The notes under the pieces were generated by a model, which was given only the letters and a program-made list of their open reading frames with translations, did no database searches and was not told the origin of the DNA. DNA of 64,000 nt from an uncultured Candidatus Rokubacteria bacterium (GTDB lineage: Bacteria; Methylomirabilota; Methylomirabilia; Rokubacteriales; DASRDR01). A program made the translations under genes and the position numbers. The stretch spans positions 224,001 through 288,000 of the forward strand of contig CAWDVE010000013.1 in assembly GCA_963805625.1 (NCBI GenBank). Direction: 5' to 3'. This document shows positions 60,599 through 64,000 of this stretch, piece by piece; position 1 is the stretch's first letter, and each line of letters starts with the position of its first letter.

Positions 60599-61729
60599 AT
60601 GCTGATCCGGGGCGGCACCGTCGTCGACCCCGGCCAGGGGGTCCACGCCCGCCGGGACGTGAGGCTTGACGTCGAGCGCATCATCGAGCTGGGCGACGGG
60701 CTCACGCCCCGACCGGGCGAGGAAGTGGTCGACGCCCGTGATCGGCTGGTGCTCCCCGGACTCATCGACCTTCACGTCCACGTCTTCTGGGGTGCCACCC
60801 ACTACGGGATCGAGCCGGACCCGCACTGTCTTGGCACCGGGACGACCACGGTGGTCGATGCGGGCTCGGCCGGAGCGCACACGTTCGCCGCGTTTCGCCG
60901 CTACGTTATCGACGTGGCGGCCACGCGCATCGTCCCCTTCCTCAACATCGGAGCGACCGGAATGGTGTCGCCGGCCGTCGGAGAGCTCGAGGAGGTTCGC
61001 CACATCGACCGGGCGGCCGCGCTTCGGACGATCGAGGCCCACCGCGATCTGATCCGCGGGATCAAGGTCCGGTTGTCCCGTGATCTGGTGGGATCCAACG
61101 CCCGGATCGCGCTGAAGACGGCCCGCGAGACCGGCGAGGCGGCGAGCCTTCCGATCATGGTCCACGTCGGGGACACCCCGATCCCCCTGGCGGAGATCCT
61201 GAGCGAGCTGCGGCCGGGCGACGTGATCACTCACTGCTACCACGGGCGCGAGGAGGGGATCCTCGACGATCGGGGCGCGGTGACCCAGGCGGCTCGCCGG
61301 GCAGCGGCCCGCGGGGTACTGTTCGACGTGGGACACGGGAAGGGCTCGTTCAGTTTCCAGGTCGCGCGGCGAGCCATGGCTCAGGGGTTCCGGCCAGGGA
61401 CGATCTCCAGCGATCTCCACGTCTACAATCTCGATGGCCCCGTGTTCGATCTGGCCACGACCATGTCGAAGTTCTTGCACCTCGGCCTCTCCCTCGACGA
61501 GGTGGTGGCCATGACGACGGACGCCCCCGCCCAGGTGATCGGGCACGACGGTGCGCTGGGCACGCTGCGCCCGGGGGCGGCAGGAGACGTGACGCTGCTG
61601 GCGGTCCGGGAGGGACCGGTGACGTTCGAGGACACGGTGGGTGAGCGTTTGGAAGGCACCCGGCGACTGGTCCCATCCGGAGCGGTGCGAGCCGGCCGGT
61701 GGGTGCCCCCGAAGGCAGCCGAGCAGTAG
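60599..61729 (+). CDS. Amidohydrolase/deacetylase-family metallohydrolase (dihydroorotase-like)
   Basis: PGLIDLHVH, DAGSAG, GIKVR, MVHVG, THCYHG, DVGHG, ISSDLH. Confidence 0.92.
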   Translation: MLIRGGTVVDPGQGVHARRDVRLDVERIIELGDGLTPRPGEEVVDARDRLVLPGLIDLHVHVFWGATHYGIEPDPHCLGTGTTTVVDAGSAGAHTFAAFRRYVIDVAATRIVPFLNIGATGMVSPAVGELEEVRHIDRAAALRTIEAHRDLIRGIKVRLSRDLVGSNARIALKTARETGEAASLPIMVHVGDTPIPLAEILSELRPGDVITHCYHGREEGILDDRGAVTQAARRAAARGVLFDVGHGKGSFSFQVARRAMAQGFRPGTISSDLHVYNLDGPVFDLATTMSKFLHLGLSLDEVVAMTTDAPAQVIGHDGALGTLRPGAAGDVTLLAVREGPVTFEDTVGERLEGTRRLVPSGAVRAGRWVPPKAAEQ

Positions 61730-61744
61730 GCGGCGAGCTACAGG

Positions 61745-62193
61745 TGATCGATCGCGTGGGAACCCAGGCGGTCCTGCGCCCGAACCACCTCAACCCGCCG
61801 TTCAACAATCCGAAGAACCGGCAGGCCCTTCTCTACGCGGTGGGCGACCAGAAGGATTACCTCGCCGCCATCATCGGCAACCCCGAGTACGAGAAGTCCT
61901 GCTGGCAGATCTTCATGTGCGGGACACCCCTCGGGAGCGACGCGGGAATCGGGGCGTGGACCACCAACTCCCGCGAGAAGAACATCGAAACAGCGAAACA
62001 GCTCCTCAAGGAGGGCGGCTACAAAGGCGAGACGGTCGTTCTCCTGGATCCCGCCGACACGCCTATTGCCCATGACGGCCCCTGGATGATCCTGTTCCCC
62101 GGCACGTTTCTGGCCGTCGTCGTGCTCGCCGTGAACCTGGTAGGGGACGGCTTTCGCGACCTGCTCGACCCCCGCTTCGCCCGCCGGCTCTGA
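61745..62193 (+). pseudogene. Chimeric remnant: family-5 ABC substrate-binding protein fragment fused to the C-terminus of a DppC-type permease
   Basis: LRPNHLNPPFNNPKNRQAL...AKQLLKEGGYKGE is followed in frame by PWMILFPG...NLVGDGFRDLLDPR. Confidence 0.75.
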
Positions 62194-62326
62194 CGGCGGC
62201 GACGCCGCGCACGCGAGGCCGTACGAAATCGCTCGTCGATCCCCCGTTGTCGGGGCGACGGCCTGGCGGCTCCCCTGCCCCGGGCTGGGTTATCCTGGCA
62301 GCATTCCGACCTCAAGGGAGGGCCAC

Positions 62327-63352
62327 ATGCACAGTTGGCTGCTCGCACTGTCGACGACCTTCATCGTGCTCGCCTCCCTCGGCGGCCGGCCCGCGGAGGC
62401 TCAGTCCTTCTTCGAAGGCAAGACCGTGCGGGTCATCGTGGGTCTCGCTCCCGGGGGCGGCTTCGACACGTACGCCCGGGTGATCGCGCGGCACATGGGC
62501 AAGCACGTTCCGGGCAACCCGACCTTCGTCGTGGAGAACATGACTGGGGCCGGGAGCCTCATCGCGGCCAATCACGTCTACAAGGTGGCCAAGCCGGACG
62601 GCCTCACGATCGGCAAGTTCAACGGATCTCTCATGCTGGGTCAGGTCTTGGGGCAGGCCGGAGTCGAATTCGACGCCAGGCGGTTCGAGTTCATCGGCGC
62701 GGCGGTGAAGGAAGACGTGGTGTGCTCGCTCACCAAGACCAGCGGTGTCACGAGCCTGGAGAAGTGGATCGCCGCGAAGACCCCCGTCAAGCTGGGCGGC
62801 CTGGCGCCTCTCGCTTCGCCCGACAACTCCGCCCGAGTCCTGAAGACCGTCCTCGGGCTACCCGTCCAGGTCGTCTCCGGATACCGGGGCACCGCGGAGA
62901 TCCGCCTCGCGGCGGACTCGGGCGAGCTGGCCGGGGCGTGCTGGTCCTGGGAGTCGATGCGGTCGACCTGGCGCAACGGACTCGACTCGGGTGACGTGGT
63001 CGCGGTGCTGCAGATGACCGGCAAGCCGTTCCCGGACCTGCCGAACGTTCCCCTGGCGATCAATCTGGCCAAGACGGACGAAGCGCGCCGGCTCGTCCAG
63101 GTCGGGATCCAGAACAGCGGCGCCTTCGCCCGCCCCTTCGTCCTGCCGCCTGGAACGCCGAAGGAGCGCGTTCAGCTCCTGCGCCGCGCCTTCCATGAGA
63201 CGCTGAAGGACGCGGCGTTCCTCGCGGAGGCGGAGAAGGCCAAGCTCACCCTCGACCCCGTGACGGGGGACGAGCTGGAGAAGATGGTCGGCGACCTCTT
63301 CGTGCTGGACGCCGCGCTCCTCGCCAAGCTGAAGGACATTCTCTACAACTAG
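62327..63352 (+). CDS. Tripartite tricarboxylate transporter substrate-binding protein (Bug/TctC family)
   Basis: Signal peptide AEA-Q, PGGGFDTYAR, VENMTGAGS, AKPDGLT, YRG, PPGTP. Confidence 0.92.
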   Translation: MHSWLLALSTTFIVLASLGGRPAEAQSFFEGKTVRVIVGLAPGGGFDTYARVIARHMGKHVPGNPTFVVENMTGAGSLIAANHVYKVAKPDGLTIGKFNGSLMLGQVLGQAGVEFDARRFEFIGAAVKEDVVCSLTKTSGVTSLEKWIAAKTPVKLGGLAPLASPDNSARVLKTVLGLPVQVVSGYRGTAEIRLAADSGELAGACWSWESMRSTWRNGLDSGDVVAVLQMTGKPFPDLPNVPLAINLAKTDEARRLVQVGIQNSGAFARPFVLPPGTPKERVQLLRRAFHETLKDAAFLAEAEKAKLTLDPVTGDELEKMVGDLFVLDAALLAKLKDILYN

Positions 63353-63452
63353 AGTCCCGGGGCGCGCGCTCGTGGTATTGCCGGCCGTACCGGCGAGCGC
63401 CTGACTCCTGGACCGGCGGGCTCGGCCCGGCGAAGACGGTCGTCGGAAGCCG

Positions 63453-64000
63453 TCAATCGTTGACGGTGGTGGTGAACCCCGCGCGCCGGGCCCAGTACTC
63501 CCACGCGCGGTTCTGGGACCGCGCCCGGAAGTTCATCTGCTCGGTGAGCCGGACCTCGCCCTCGGTCAGATAGGTCACCTCGCCGAGATCGCGCGCCTCC
63601 TTGACCAGCGCCGCGTTGACCATGAGGTAGATCGAGACGAACACCGTCGCCTTCAGGTCGTGCGCGGCCACCACGGCGCCGTGGCCGCGCATCAGGCATA
63701 CGCGGTGCGGCCCGAGGGTCCGAGCAAGGGAGTCGCCCATCGCGGTGGTAGTCACCAGGAGGTCGGTGTCACCGAACTCGTCCCGGACGTCCCAGACCGG
63801 CACTTCTTGGCCGATGCTGCCCGCCACGTGCAAGACCGGTCTGATCGCGGTGCCGGTGATGCCGAACGGGATGAGCGAGCGTGCGTGGTTGTGGCATACC
63901 GCCATCACGTCGGGCCGCGCTCTGTAGGCCGACCCGTGGATGGGCCGCTCCGAGTACATCGTCCGCCCCCGGGGATCGATCGGCCGGTTCTCGAGGTCGA
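63453..64000 (-). CDS. Class II aldolase/adducin-family protein (5' end outside the window)
   Basis: SERPIH...RPDVMAVCHNH...LMRGHG. Confidence 0.88.
   Translation of the reverse strand, partial: DLENRPIDPRGRTMYSERPIHGSAYRARPDVMAVCHNHARSLIPFGITGTAIRPVLHVAGSIGQEVPVWDVRDEFGDTDLLVTTTAMGDSLARTLGPHRVCLMRGHGAVVAAHDLKATVFVSIYLMVNAALVKEARDLGEVTYLTEGEVRLTEQMNFRARSQNRAWEYWARRAGFTTTVND

Overview
A very GC-rich bacterial chromosomal segment. Gene content and style suggest a Candidatus Rokubacteria/Methylomirabilota-like soil organism, but this is inference only. It is densely coding, and I found no rRNA, tRNA, CRISPR array or transposase. Main blocks: an OmpR/sensor-kinase pair; amidase, MFS and argC; comDE-like TPP decarboxylase subunits; a PqqD(RRE)-HPr-kinase-like-radical SAM/nucleotidyltransferase cassette; cobS-cobC-hslR; a carboxyltransferase; an ECF sigma factor fused to a membrane anchor and extracytoplasmic domain; a type II secretion operon (gspE-F-G-H-I-J-K-L-M-C-D plus a lipoprotein); fabH, rbsK and cinA; an RpoD-like sigma; an operon joining two ferritin-like diiron proteins to biotin carboxylase and BCCP; dinB; a full isc operon plus a second nifS/iscU-like/cysE set, separated by a DsrE/F/H-like trio; a GalT-like protein with an altered active site; and a patch of gene remnants near 60-62 kb. 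The ORF track misses an Rdx-family (SelW/SelT/SelH) selenoprotein gene at 40070-40300, with an in-frame UGA in a CxxU motif and a candidate SECIS hairpin. The best candidates for an undescribed system are the RRE/kinase/rSAM-NTase cassette, the diiron pair plus biotin carboxylase operon, and the membrane-tethered ECF sigma. All family assignments come from motifs read by eye, not from database searches.
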